Assembly: GCF_003918875.1 (NCBI RefSeq)
Contig: NW_025766470.1
Span: forward strand, 310,001-374,000
DNA: 64,000 nucleotides
Direction of reading: 5' to 3'
Source: Haliotis rubra
Taxonomy: Eukaryota
Part shown: positions 12,501 to 25,671 of the stretch, in pieces
Layout of the letters: each line of letters opens with the position of its first letter
Position numbering within the stretch: position 1 is the stretch's first letter
Position numbers and translations under genes: made by a program
Notes under the pieces: generated by a model
The model's database searches: none
What the model was told of the DNA's origin: nothing
What the model saw: the letters and a program-made list of their open reading frames with translations, nothing else

Positions 12501-15500
12501 TCATCTGATATGACCTTTGTGAGATCTTGATGGAGAGAGGTATTTGAGTAAAATGTTTTAATGAGACTGGGGACTGACACAGGAAGACGTGTAGGTATTT
12601 ACTGACAAGTTGCGGTGGTGATTGCTCGGTTTGCATTTTCCCTGTATCCTTGGCAACTGGATGTGACTATTTCAGTTGTCAAGCATACAAGAGCAGCAGT
12701 CACCTAAGACTCACCTTCTCCAGGCGACGTTTAGAGTTCACTTCCTTCAGACGTCGTATCTGCTGCTCCCGTCTCTCTCGCTGTTGATCCGGGGTCAACT
12801 GACTTCCGCCGCTCACCTGGAGGTCACACACAAGGGGAGCTAATTAGTTAAAAGTGCAAGTTGTTTACAACTCCCCCATGGATGTCAACACAAAGGGAGA
12901 CAGCTCTGTTGTGAGAGCAAGTAGAGTACATAATTCTCATTGGAGATCACACATCAGGGGAGATAATAATAAGTACAAGAGGGGTCAACAACTGAACTGA
13001 AGATTACACACAAGGGGACATAACTCTGTTATAAGAGGTGGAAGTGATAAGAGTGAGTGAGTTCAGTTTTACGCCGCTTTTAACAATATTCCAGCTATAT
13101 CACGGCGGGGGACACCAGAAATGGGCTTCACACATTGTACCCATGTGGGGAATCGAACCCGGGTCTTCGGCGTGATGAGCGAACGCTTTAACCACTAGGC
13201 TACCCCAACACCGCTGGAAGTGATAAGAAAGAATGGTAATGAAATAAACAATGTTGACAACACCTATTGCTGTCAGGCCCTGGACAAGAATCACCCAGCT
13301 GCTTAGTCTTTGTACCCTCCAATAATTATCTATTTTTTGGACACTGCATTTTTGTTACGATTTACTACTTTTCGCTTACCAACTGACAGGAGTAGGTTTG
13401 AATAGAGATAAAAATAATTTTGGGTTAACTTTATACCACATATATTTTAAAAATATTTGTGTGGGTTAGTCGACTTATTAAGTATGATAATATAGGAAAT
13501 TAGGATATAGTTGCCTGCTGATAAAGTGGACTATTTTAAGGGGTGTTCAGAGGAGTGAGTGAGTGAGTATGGTTTTGTACCATTTTTTTTACAATATTCC
13601 AGCTCTATCACATCTGGGGACACCAGAAATGTGCTTCACATATTGTACCAATGTGGGTGATTGAGCCCATGGCTTCTGTGTGATGGGCTCAGAGTTTAAC
13701 CACTAAGCTACCCCTACCACGAACTTAAAGTGGAAAAAGAATCCTTTTGTTAGCCAATCAAAAGCCATGGAATCACTTTCAATTTTCTTATTATGAAATA
13801 CAGTGAGACCCCGCATACCCGGACACATTCGTTTTTGCGTACATCATCTGGATAACTAAATATCCGGATATCTGGATTTCTGTCATTCAGGCTTAGGTGT
13901 TGAAACAGTAGCGAATATATACTTCTGGTTTAAAATCACTTCCAAAACAGCGTGGTTGTTTTGATTTGCCAATTACAATTCACTCAGTGTCAGATAGGAA
14001 TACTAATCACCACCAATACCCTGCTGATCGGTCATTAATCCGGATTAGCAGACCTTGTCTCGTGTCAAGACACGTGGAAGATCAAAGCTTCGTGCGGATA
14101 AGTGAGTCAATTTTGTGTTGACTTAGCCAGTTCGTTTGTAAAATGTACGTTACAGAGACCGCATATCCGTTATAGACAGTTACTTTTATAACATAAGCAG
14201 GGCTCCAGATAATTTTTTAACATGAGGAGTACGTACTCCTTATTTTTTAAATATAGGAGTACTGGAAAAACTTAAGAGTACATTTGGAGTACTGAATGGA
14301 ATTTAATGGAGTATGTGATCTTGTGTTTCGCTTCATATATGCACCACAGCATTGCTACTCTTTTGAGTACAGGTAAAAAACAATAAAACTATACTTTTTT
14401 CAGATAAATTCTTCTGTAAATGATTCTAAGACTGTACACCATTGCTGTGCTGCGTATCTGCTACTGTTTCACTGTATAATCATGTAACAATCCAAATTAG
14501 CAATGTTTGTACATTTACTTACTGAAACCTGTTCGTTTACAGAGAAACCAGTAAACCAGTAAACCCATGAACATGACTAACAAACAAGCAGGAAATGCAT
14601 AAGGAGGTTTCAACTGATAAACATCACTAAGACATGTATAAATCAGATTTTCTTTTATCACATAAACAATAACATTTCTAGTTCTGATTGACCACAATGA
14701 CCCATATTATGTGGTATTCACAGCTTTGACACAAAGGACACAATTTCTCATTATGTAATCCCTAATACCAACAAAAGGAAACAAGCTGGGGATCATCTCA
14801 AAAATCTTTTGTAACCAAATCTCAAAAACAAAACTGACTGCATCACAATGCTAGTCTTTATTACAAAAAGCAAATCTCATATCTATATAATAGAGCAGTA
14901 CGCCCCAACTCATCAAATCTCATTTTACTCAAATGAAACAAAGATCAAATCAAACTGTTTGACACGATCCCTGAACAAGTATGACTGACCGAGAGTGATT
15001 ACCACTGAAGCAAAGACAAAGCCCCTAGTAGTGCCACAAACATTAGTGGCCAGCCAGTACACAGATATTACCTGGCAACGCTGAACACTGGCACACTGAA
15101 ATGTTGTGTTTCTCTATAAGAATGAGGTAAGACCTTTTTCTGTCAAAGTGCTCGTTTCCAAGCTCCCATGACAGGTGGGTAAAATGAAAATACAGAATGT
15201 AAAAATGTTTCGTGGTTTGCTTTGAGAATATTTTCCTAACTTTTACTGAGGTAAGTATGTTTCAAAAGAAAATTGTTAACAGAGTTTTAAAGCAAATAGC
15301 AATGGGTGGCTCAGTATTCAACTCAGCGAGTTGCAACTTATTAATGATAATGAATTACTGTATCAAATTCAAACTAACATCACACAAGGAAATTACTCAC
15401 CAACTTATAAAATCATTTTGTTTTAAATTGAACTTTTTTAAATATTTGAAACTTATATGGGTAAAATGTTCAGTTATGATAAGAGAAAGTCATATTTTCT

Positions 15501-18500
15501 ATATATTAGTCTACTATTTTTTACCAACTGGTCAAAAACAAGTCCATTTGCACCTAATCACACTCGTAATTTATCAGAAAACTCATACAGTGTGACGTCA
15601 TACACATGTCATACATCACACTTCATATGACATGCTATGACATCATACAGTGCTATGACATCATACAGTGTAATGACATCACACACATCAGACAGTGCTA
15701 TGACATCATACAGCTATCATACATCATACAGCACTATGACATCACACATCATACAGTGCTATGACATAACACACTTATACAGCACATGACATCACACATA
15801 CAGTGCTATGACATCATAGCGCTATAACATCACACACCATACAGTGCTATGACATCATACAGCACAGTGCTATGACATCACATACAGTGCTATGACATCA
15901 TACAGCACTATGACATCACACATCATACAGCACTATGACATCACACATCATACAGTGCTATGACAGTGCTATGACATCATACAGTGCTATGACATCATAC
16001 AGCAATATGACATCACACACCATACAGTGCTATGGCATCACACATCATACAGTGCTATGACATCATACAGCACTATGACATCACACACCATACAGTGCTA
16101 TGACATCACACATCATACAGTGCTATGACATCACACATCATAGAGTACCATGACATCACACAAATACAGGCACAAGTTCAATGACATCAGCTGCCTTGCT
16201 GACCCCCATTCATCATCCAGTGAAATAACATCGACCAGGATATATACATTGACAAGTAATAAACAGTTGAGATCCAGGTGGCCTGGCTGAAATCCAACCC
16301 CCATGTTAACATAACCAACTCCACTCACTATACAGTGATTATTTCCTTCCCAACACAAACAACTGCTGATACTCACATTCGTGTAAGGCAGCTGTATCTT
16401 GTGTACGTTGTTTTCAAAGTAGTCACCATCTAGCCACTGCTGCAGATTGTCGGTGTAGTCTGCGGCCATGTAGGCATGATCCCGCACAAGCTCCTGGAAT
16501 AGATTGATTCAAGTACAGATTATATCTACATCTGTTTATACTTCAGCTCTTACCTATGTCTCTATCTACACTTCAGCTCTGTTTCTACTTCATCTCCATC
16601 TATACTTCAGCACTGTCTCTACAGTAGCTCTGTTTATACTTCAGCTCTGTTTCTACTTCATCTCCATCTATACTTCAGCACTATCACTACAGTAGCTCTT
16701 TTTATACTTCAGCTCTGTTTCTACTTCATCTCCATCTATACTTTAGCACTGTCTCTACAGTAGCTCTGTTTATACTTCAGTTCTGTTTCTACTTCATCTC
16801 CATCTATACTTCAGCACTATCACTACAGTAGCTCTGTTTATACTTCATCTCTGTTTCTGCTTCATTCATCTCCATCTATACTTTAGCACTGTCTCTACAG
16901 AATCTCCATCTGCTGTTTCTACTTCATCTCTGTTTCTACTTCATCTCCATCTATACTTCAGCACTATCCCTACAGTAGCTCTGTTTATACTTCAGCTCTG
17001 TTTCTACTTCATCTCCATCTATACTTCAGCACTGTCTCTACAGTAGCTTTGTTTCTACTTCATCTCTGTGGCTCTTCTCTACTTCATCTCCATCTATACT
17101 TTAGCACTATCACTACAGTAGCTCTGTTTATACTTCATCTCTGTTTCTACTTCATCTCCATTTATACTTTAGCACTATCACTACAGTAGCTCTGTTTATA
17201 CTTCATCTCTGTTTCTGCTTCATCTCCATCTTATACTTCATCTTAGCACTATCTTCAGCAGTAGCTCTGTTTATACTTCAGCTCTGTTTCTACTTCATCT
17301 CCATCTCCATCTATACTTCAGCACTATCCCTACAGTAGTGCTCTGCTCTGTTTCTACTTCAGCTCTGTTTCTACTTCATCTCCGTCTATACTTTAGCACT
17401 GTCTGTACAGTAGCTCTGTTTATACTTCATCTCTGTTTCTACTTCATCTCCATCTATACTTTAGGACTGTCACTACAGTAGCTCTGTTTATACTTCATCT
17501 CTGTTTCTACTTCATCTCCATCTATACTTCAGCACTATCACTACAGTAGCTCTGTTTATACTTCAGCTCTGTTTCTACTTCATCTCCATCTATACTTTAG
17601 GACTGTCTCTACAGTAGCTCTGTTTATACTTCAGCTCTGTTTCTACTTCATCTCCATCTATACTTTAGGACTGTCACTACAGTAGCTCTGTTTATACTTC
17701 AGCTCTGTTCATACTTCAGCTGTTTCTACTTCATCTCCATCTATACTTCAGCACTATCCCTATAGTAGCTCTGTTTACTTCATCTCAGTTTCATGTTTAC
17801 TTCAGCTTTATCTATAATTTAGCTCCAATAATACTTCAGCTGTAATATTGCACAAACTCTATCTATAATTTAGCTCCATTAATACTTCAGCTCTAATAGC
17901 CCGGCTCAGAGTGACAGCCACCAGGTGTCCATCAGTCGAACTATACTATTACTAATCAACGATATGTACAAGGCCTACCTCAGCCCGGCTCAGAGTGACA
18001 GCCACCAGGTGTCCATCAGTCGAACTATACTATTACTAATCTACTATATATCACAAGGCCTACCTCTGCCTCAGCCAGGTGCTCAGAGTGACAGCCACCA
18101 GGTGTCCATCGGCAGCGAACTATGCTATGACAGCCACCTAATCAACTATTACTAATACTGATATGTACAAGGCCTACCTCAGCCCGGCTCAGGTGACAGC
18201 CACCAGGTGTCCATCAGTCGAACTATACTATTACTAATCTACGATACTATTATGTACAATATGTACAAGGCCTACCTCAGCCCGGCTCAGGTGACAGCCA
18301 CCAGGTGTCCATCAGTCGAACTATACTATTACTAATCAACGATATGTACAAGGCCTACCTCAGCCCGGCTCAGAGTGACAGCCACCAGGTGTCCATCAGT
18401 CGAACTATACTATTACTAATCAACGATATGTACAAGGCCTACCTCAGCCCGGCTCAGGTGACAGCCACCAGGTGTCCATCAGTACTAAACTATACTATTA

Positions 18501-19933
18501 CTAATCTACTATATATACAAGGCCTACCTCAGCCAGGCTCAGAGTGACAGCCACCAGGTGTCCATCAGTCGAACTATACTATTACTAATCAACAATATGT
18601 ACAAGGCCTACCTCAGCCCGGCTCAGAGTGACAGCCACCAGGTGTCCATCAGTCGAACTATACTATTACTAATCTACTATATGTACAAGGCCTACCTCAG
18701 CCCGGCTCAGAGTGACAGCCACCAGGTGTCCATCAGTCGAACTATACTATTACTAATCAACGATATGTACAAGGCCTACCTCAGCCCGGCTCAGAGTGAC
18801 AGCCACCAGGTGTCCATCAGTCGAACTATACTATTACTAATCAACAATATGTACAAGGCCTACCTCAGCCCGGCTCAGAGTGACAGCCACCAGGTGTCCA
18901 TCAGTCGAACTATACTATTACTAATCAACAATATGTACAAGGCCTACCTCAGCCCGGCTCAGAGTGACAGCCACCAGGTGTCCATCAGTTCGAACTATAC
19001 TATTACTAATCAACGATATGTACAAGGCCTACCTCAGCCCGTGCTCAGAGTGACAGCCACCAGGTGTCCATCAGGTGATTAGCCACCAGGTGTCCATCGA
19101 AACTATACTATTACTAATCAGGTGACAGCGGTCCATCAGTTCGAACTATACTATTACTAATCATGGCCTACCTCAGCCCGGCTCAGGTGACAGCCACCAG
19201 GTGTCCATCAATTCGAACTATACTATTACTAATCAGCCCGGCCTCAGACTAATGACAGCCACCAGGTGTCCATCAGCCGAACTATACTATTACTAATCAA
19301 CAATATGTACAAGGCCTACCTCAGCCCGGCTCAGAGTGACAGCCACCAGGTGTCCATCAGTCGAACTATACTATTACTAATCAACGATATGTACAAGGCC
19401 TACCTCAGCCCGGCTCAGAGTGACAGCCACCAGGTGTCCATCAGTCGAACTATACTATTACTAATCAACGATATGTACAAGGCCTACCTCAGCCCGGCTC
19501 AGAGTGATAGCTGCCAGGTGTCCAGGGTACTTCAGCTGTAGAAGCCTCATTAGAAAGGAATCCACATGCACGCCACCTAAGTTCATTCGCCGAGCATTGA
19601 CCGAGTTGAAGCGGCCATTCAGCACTGGCAGAATGTGTGTTGCCTGGTAGCCACAGTCCACGATTAGAGAGTTCATTGATTCTGAAATAACAACAAACAT
19701 ATAAACACTCGTGACAAAGTCAAAACTTTAAGGAAGTATGCTATTCTGTTTTCAATGTTTTAAACATTTTCCGAGACAGGTATTAAAAAATTCTAAGTTA
19801 TAAAAACTTTAAGCAATGGGAATAGAGTGAATTGTTTTGATCTGGGTGCAAGAATAAACTTCTTTACCAGATACATATTAATAAAATATTAAATAATAAC
19901 AAAACATCATTAGGGACTATTCATAATATATGG

Positions 19934-19965
<32 letters not shown>

Positions 19966-22900
19966 TGATTTTTATGGAGAAGCATGTACAGTGTGAATGA
20001 CCCCCACTTAAAATTTATGTACAAAGTAAGTGCCTCCCCTTCATGTCATGTACAAAATAGCTGACATCCCCTTAGTACTACTACTACTGCTTTCACTACC
20101 TGTCTTAGGCTTGTTGTTGTAGAGGCTGAAGAGCGAGTCGATGCCATATGCGACTTGGGGAACATGATAGCACTCGAACATCAGCTCCGACATCTCTGAT
20201 AAAGAAAAAACACAGTCATCATCAGTCATGTTGTATTATTCTAATCAACCATCATCAGCAGACACAAACATTGCACACCAACAACTGCTGAGAATCGGGT
20301 ATCTACATCTGAATCACAAGTCTCCAGTGACACTGAAAACATGGATTGGAAATTATACGGATAATGATCATGCATTTAGTTAACAATAATACCCATAAGG
20401 CAATCCTAAATTAGTTACTACAGTTTCACCCTCCCTCTCTCTGTAGTAAATGCCCTGTCTAATATCTATTTCTATTGTGGCTACGTGTTTGTCTGTTTCA
20501 ACCTGCTAAGCCAATACATAAGCAAAACAATTCAAAAAGCATGAAATATGAAAAAGTGGCCATAGCCACATTCATGGAGCTGGAGACCCTGGTACATTCC
20601 ACAAAGTGATTTTAGCACTAAGATGCTGTAACTCCCATTTTGACATACACTAACAAGTTGTACATCCTCGATAATCTCCAGGGTATACATTCCGATAAAT
20701 CTCCACTAGTACCCTGCATCTACAGCTCGGCCTGATAATTTTATTATCTCCCTTTGCTGTGTCTGCCTTCTCACAGAAGCCAATCAGATTAGGCCGTTAC
20801 AACCGAGCTTGCCAGTGTCAACAAAGACAGCGGCTGCTGCTGTGAAGGTTTGCTCACTGTGAGACTCAGATTGACAGGTCTGAAACCTTAAAAAAATGTA
20901 TGCAAGAACTCCTTCTACCTCTGTCAGAGTACCTCTGCAACAAATGTGTTGCCAAGTTTAATCGGTTAGATAAAAGGAGCGAAAGTGAGTTATGATAGAA
21001 GCCTTGTGATTGGTATGCTCAACTTCCAAGCATAGACACCTGATTGGATGAAAAGCCAGCAAAAGGAGGTAATACAATTATCAGGGCGAGCCGTAGATGC
21101 ATCCAGGGGCTCCTTTCACGAAGCAACCTTTACTAAGGTTAACCTTAACTCCCATTCTTTAACATTGCACTAAGGTTACCTTAGTGACTTACGATCACCT
21201 TAGTGCTTTGTGAAAGGAGGCCCTGGGTACTAGTGGAGATTTATCGGAACGTATACCCTGGAGATTATCGAGGATGCAAGTGGTAGTGCTAAGATAGCTT
21301 TGTATGTCGCTGATTGCTATGGGCAGTGTACTCACGCTGTCTGCAATAGTTGGGGTTACACACAGGCTCGGTGAGGACTAATAGGGTGATCCACTTTGCC
21401 CTCTGTGTTGATGCCCAGATGTGTGAAGATATAGTCAAATATCTGCTCCTACAACACACACATTCTGTCTCAGATATCGCAGTCATGGCAAACTTGCTGT
21501 TATTCATAGTGAGTGAGTGAGTGAGATTAGTCTTACGCCGCACTCAGCAATATTCCAGCTATATGGCGGCGGCCTGTAAATAATCGAGTCTGGACCAGAC
21601 AATCCAGTGATCAACAGCATGAGCATCGATCTGCACAAATTGGGAACCGCTGACATGTGTCAACCAAGTCAGCGAGCCTCTTACGACAAGCATGGGTTAC
21701 TGAAGATCAATATTCTAACCCGGACCTTTACTGGTGCTGTTATTCATCACCTGTTTAAGGAGTACGAATACACATAAAAACATTGTGTTCAACATGTTTC
21801 AAAACTTGACATCCATAATTCCCACCTTTATGTGTATTACTTCTAAATGCGACTCAAAAACATTGATTTAATAACCGGTTGACACCCTTACAACATGCCT
21901 ATCCTTGAACTCACTAAGGGACACAACTCTGCACTACATTCTTGTAGCTGCAGATCACTCACTCCTTGTTATAAGCAAATTCTTGATAGCAGGTGCTTAC
22001 TTGCATCATATTCTCAAGTGTTGTCAAATCACATGACTGAATACATTTAGACATTCAAAATAATTGTTAAAGGATCAGTCATTTACTACTGACCAGGTAA
22101 TAAAATATAACACAGATGTTAGTTGAAGATCAAGAAAACAAATTGGGCATATTATACAAATTAAAGTGCTTTTGCATTTTAGTTTTTTCAGGGAGGGTCA
22201 TGGAAAAAATGTTTGAGCATATGGAGAGGGTCATCTAATACAGTGAAACCTGTCTAAACCGGCACCCCACGGGACAGAAATAAAATGCTGGTTTAGACAG
22301 GGTACCGGATTAGACAGTGACGATTATTTTCCAACATGGCTGCCATTTACACTCATCAATCTCTTTATCTCTATAATGCCTTTGATTTTTTGTAATTGTG
22401 CAACAAATTAAAACAATGTTGATGACAGATAATTATTCTTTATTCAGCACTAAACATTGTTCAAATAATAATAGTTAGCCAGAGTCTTGTCAGGTAACGC
22501 ACAAAACACAAGACTCGGAAAGTCGTGTCGGAATATGGAATAGATAGGTACCAGATTAGACAATGCTTTAATGCATCATAATATCGTTGTAAAATGGCGG
22601 AACCAAAATTTTATGCCGGTTTTGACAGTGTGCCAGATTATACAGGTGCCGGTGATGGCAGGTTTCACTGTAATATGATAAGCATTTGGGGAGGGTCATT
22701 TTCAGCACACTAAAGCATGAAAAAACCCTGAACCGCCCATGAAAAAGACTGATAGATGAAAACTTCTGTAATTTTAAAAGCATGTCTATCAGCAGATCAT
22801 TAACAACACATGCAAGAAACTACCTGAACATCATAGAGTGTGACCACATTTCTGTCAAACTGTGTCCGTAGAATCCAGCGGACAACCTCAATGTTGCTGA

Positions 22901-24977
22901 TGTCATTTCCAATCTGTAAGTCAGACTCCTATGGAAAGAAAACATTTTGGATGTGGAATTAGTCATCATATTTGTTTGTTGTTTAACATTGCTCTCAATG
23001 CTCTCAGCAGTATTTCAGACACGAAAAACAGTGATCTATATTACGAGCCACATCTCATGTCAATGGATACGATGACATTCCTGTTTGTTTATTTGTTGTT
23101 TAACACTGCACTCAGCTAATAGATATGAGAACATGCTTCTTTGTGCATCTGTTGCTTAATACTGTACCCAGCAGTATTTCCGGCTACCAGGAAGTTCATG
23201 ACGGCCAGTAAATAATTGTATCAGGACCACGCAAAATAGTGGTTGATTTTAAGAAGAACATTCCACATTCATGTCAAGAGCCTATGGCCAAGCCTGCAAG
23301 TCTCTGTTTCTGACAAATTATGATTCTTGCTTGTTTGGGCTTCCCACCTATATGTTTTATACAATGACCTCAAAGAAGACCTTCTCTGTGATATTTGACA
23401 CATGCCACTGATATCTGTTACAGTTTCACAATGCTATAAGCATAAACCATGTTATAAAGTCAAAGTCAGAACAATAAACTCTTTTGATAATAAACCATGT
23501 TATAATGAAACCTAAACTAAGGCAGCCGGGTAATGACTGGGTACAACAGTACACAAAGAAAGTTGTTCAGTGATGCCAGACCCTCAAATGGGCTTGAGAG
23601 TACACCAAAGCTAATCATGTCAGAAAATGGATTCGATGAAGAAAAACAATTGCATTTACTCCACAAGAAAATGCAAACATAGAAAAATATTTTTAATGAT
23701 ATTAAGAGAAACAAACGCACCTTCTTTCCTCGCTGTTTAGCAGTAATATTTTTAAATGTCAGAAGGGGCTTCTCTGCAGAGGCCCAGCCAGCTCGACACT
23801 GATAAGTTCCTGAAACAGTGAAAGAACTTTATTATCATTGAAAATACATGACTGCAACTTTTGGCATATATGGAGTTTTTGTGCCTTTCCTCAAACACTT
23901 TCCTGTGTTATAATGACCCTGCCTGACACAGGAATTATATACATAATGTGCACATAACATCTCGAGTCAGCTAGTCAACAATTTGTTTTGTAACTCTGAC
24001 ATATATTTTACAAGTGTAAGGTATCATGAAGATTAACATAAAGATTGGGCCAGTCCAACCAGTGGTTAATAGCATGTCATACATTAAGCCAGATCAAACC
24101 AATGGTTTACACACATTCAGCCCGACCTTCATGTTGGTCAGAACTTATGTTTAGTTTAATAACATTTTGAACAGTATTTCAACAGTTCATTTCCAATTCC
24201 TTAGTCTTTCAACACTGGAAGTATTTATACCATTATCTATGACAAGAGGCACTTTCCCATCTCTTAGTGAATCTGGGTACTCATGCACTGGATCAGGCAC
24301 TGGTTTTTCATCCTTGAAAGAGAACAGATTTGACACTGACATTTTCTGAAACACAAGAAAAAGAGATAAGTAAGGTACCAGTTGTACCTTAGTCAACATG
24401 TATTCAACAGCGAAAAACTGCATAGATATTATCTGGTTGTATACATATATATACTATTGACACACAGATCTGATACATAAATGGTTTTTGATTGGTAAGA
24501 GGCGTCCAAATCTAGGTAACGTGAAGGGGTGTTAGATTGGAAAAGGGAACCAATCTCAAATGATCATAAAGGGAACCTTGACTCATAGGAAGTAATCTAC
24601 CTCACTCTTTCTTCATCGGAACTGTCATACTATTGTATGAGATACCTTCGAAAGTGTGGTACTTGCTTTAAATATCACTGATCTGCCTGTGATACATGCC
24701 TCTTCGATCCTGAGGGGCCGTTGTGTTAAAGGGTTAAAGCAGACGGCAGACGCTAAAGAGCGAGATGGAAAATTGTAACCCGGTAAACTGCAATCGCGGC
24801 AAAACGTTCGTTCATTAAAGAAATAAAGTTGGTTGTAACTGGAGAAAATTTCGGTAGTAACCGATACAAAGAAGGGGAAAGGTTTAACTCACTCTCAAAA
24901 GCGATAATGCGTCAATGAGAAAAGAAAATAGCCCTCCGTTGAAAGCTGCGCTCTCAAAACTCAACTCATACCGCCAT
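3529..24977 (-). CDS. ACTR5: Actin-related protein 5 (INO80 complex subunit), 20 coding exons
   Basis: Exons, all GT-AG and phase-consistent apart from two lesions: 24972-24977 (ATG GCG, tentative), 24231-24345, 23721-23809, 22824-22928, 21336-21448 (+1 nt), 20100-20195, 19488-19681, 16377-16493, 12715-12816, 11859-11939, 11393-11524, 10185-10334, 9278-9361, 8136-8244, 7174-7258 (+14 nt), 6812-6906, 5653-5736, 4394-4511, 3997-4108, 3529-3701. Arp5 peptides: [92 protein letters not shown]. Confidence 0.95.
4689..4900 (-). mobile_element. SINE-like family B
   Basis: Matches the family B body and (TCAC)n tail. Confidence 0.8.
4926..5605 (-). mobile_element. Cluster of three tRNA-derived SINE family A copies (about 4926-5080, 5255-5423, 5442-5605)
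   Basis: Head GGGGTAGCCTAGTGGTTAAAGCGTTCGCTCGTCACGCCGAAGACCCGGGTTCGATTCCCC; 3' GCTGGAATATTGCTAAAAGCGGC(G/A)TAAAAC tail. Confidence 0.88.
5855..6830. repeat. 74-bp minisatellite, ~13 copies, each carrying a copy of the ACTR5 exon 16 donor site
   Basis: Unit actcacctctaagtaaatcggggtYgtatactSaYgtgacccacatctggaagtcacaggcRtattctgtcaag. Confidence 0.95.
7288..7404 (+). mobile_element. SINE-like family B, 3' fragment
   Basis: Matches the family B 3' half. Confidence 0.8.
7930..8094 (-). mobile_element. SINE family A
   Basis: Matches the family A consensus. Confidence 0.85.
9427..9682 (+). mobile_element. SINE family C, 5'-truncated
   Basis: Near identical to 533-885; approximate TSD cttaatttt(t)ag. 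Confidence 0.85.
10435..10600 (+). mobile_element. SINE family A
   Basis: Full length; TSD tctaacctgctgg. Confidence 0.9.
11179..11341 (+). mobile_element. SINE family A
   Basis: Full length; TSD taacatagca. Confidence 0.9.
13051..13214 (-). mobile_element. SINE family A
   Basis: Full length; TSD tggaagtgataaga. Confidence 0.9.
13553..13720 (-). mobile_element. SINE family A, diverged
   Basis: Degenerate match to the consensus. Confidence 0.75.
15586..16160. repeat. 18-25 bp minisatellite (catcatacagtgctatga with catcaca variants)
   Basis: Direct tandem repetition. Confidence 0.92.
16525..17895. repeat. ~68-bp pyrimidine-skewed minisatellite built from ~17-bp subunits
   Basis: ctctgtttctacttcat-ctccatctatacttcag-cactatcactacagtag-ctctgtttatacttcag. 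Confidence 0.92.
17899..19525. repeat. 84-bp minisatellite, ~19 copies, each carrying the ACTR5 exon 7 3' end and donor
   Basis: Unit ggctcagagtgacagccaccaggtgtccatcagtcgaactatactattactaatcaacgatatgtacaaggcctacctcagccc. Confidence 0.95.
20663..21276. mobile_element. MULE-like MITE containing a nested small MITE at 21107-21222
   Basis: TIRs over 50 bp CATCCTCGATAATCTCCAGGGTATAC.TTCCGATAAATCTCCACTAGTACC; 9-bp TSD caagtKgta. Confidence 0.85.
21509..21735 (-). mobile_element. SINE-like family B
   Basis: Matches family B including CTTGTCGTAAGAGGC. Confidence 0.85.
22241..22670. mobile_element. Tc1/mariner (pogo/Tigger-like) MITE
   Basis: TA TSD; TIR CAGTGAAACCTG; internal CCGG.TTAGACAG repeats. 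Confidence 0.85.
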
Positions 24978-25671
24978 ACTGATTAGAGATATCATTTTTT
25001 GCTTCTCGAAATGTGAAAAACTAAATACTTGACAGCGAGAAAAGAAGAATTGATGAGTTACCAAACACATATTTCCTAATTAAATGTACCTTTATAAGAT
25101 GAATTTCTTATTTTTGACAGAATCTGTTTCGAAATATTGACAGATAAGGTACTATACCAACTATGCGAACTAAGCGCTCCCTTCCGGACACAATGTAACC
25201 GGACCCGATCCAAAAATGTTAACGAGGCTCCCGATTTTATATAAGCTCCGTACAGTGTTCCTCTCTGTAACTTTTGAACTCCATCGCAGTACCTTGCCAT
25301 GTCTTTCTCTTGTCATTAAAATCAAGGAAACCAAAGGCGTTTATCTGCCTTTTCAAGATAAGATGTAGGACAGTGTACCTCCAGTAAGTATGTAAGGTTG
25401 TTCAGCAATGGTGTGACGTTTGGCAATTTTGCCTTGAGCCCATGGTATGATACGATGTGTGACGCCAGAGACCATGTAATAGATTAAATGGTATCTGAGT
25501 GACGCACACACACGCACACACACGCACACACGCACACACCATTTTTCAAAATGCCTTGTATGCCCAAAGACGTATCATACGTCTTTGGTATGCCCCACGA
25601 GTGACTGTGAGCCCAGACTTATCAGTAAAACAATTAAATAAATGTACACAATATGCAGTTGCAAGAAAAAT

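Noticed and set aside
17925-19541. Repetitive + strand ORFs ([12 protein letters not shown]…)
   Set aside because: Artefact of the 84-bp unit (a multiple of 3), antisense to the ACTR5 intron.
3529-24977. ACTR5 as a pseudogene
   Set aside because: Only two local indels, no in-frame stops elsewhere and all splice sites intact; sequencing error is more parsimonious.
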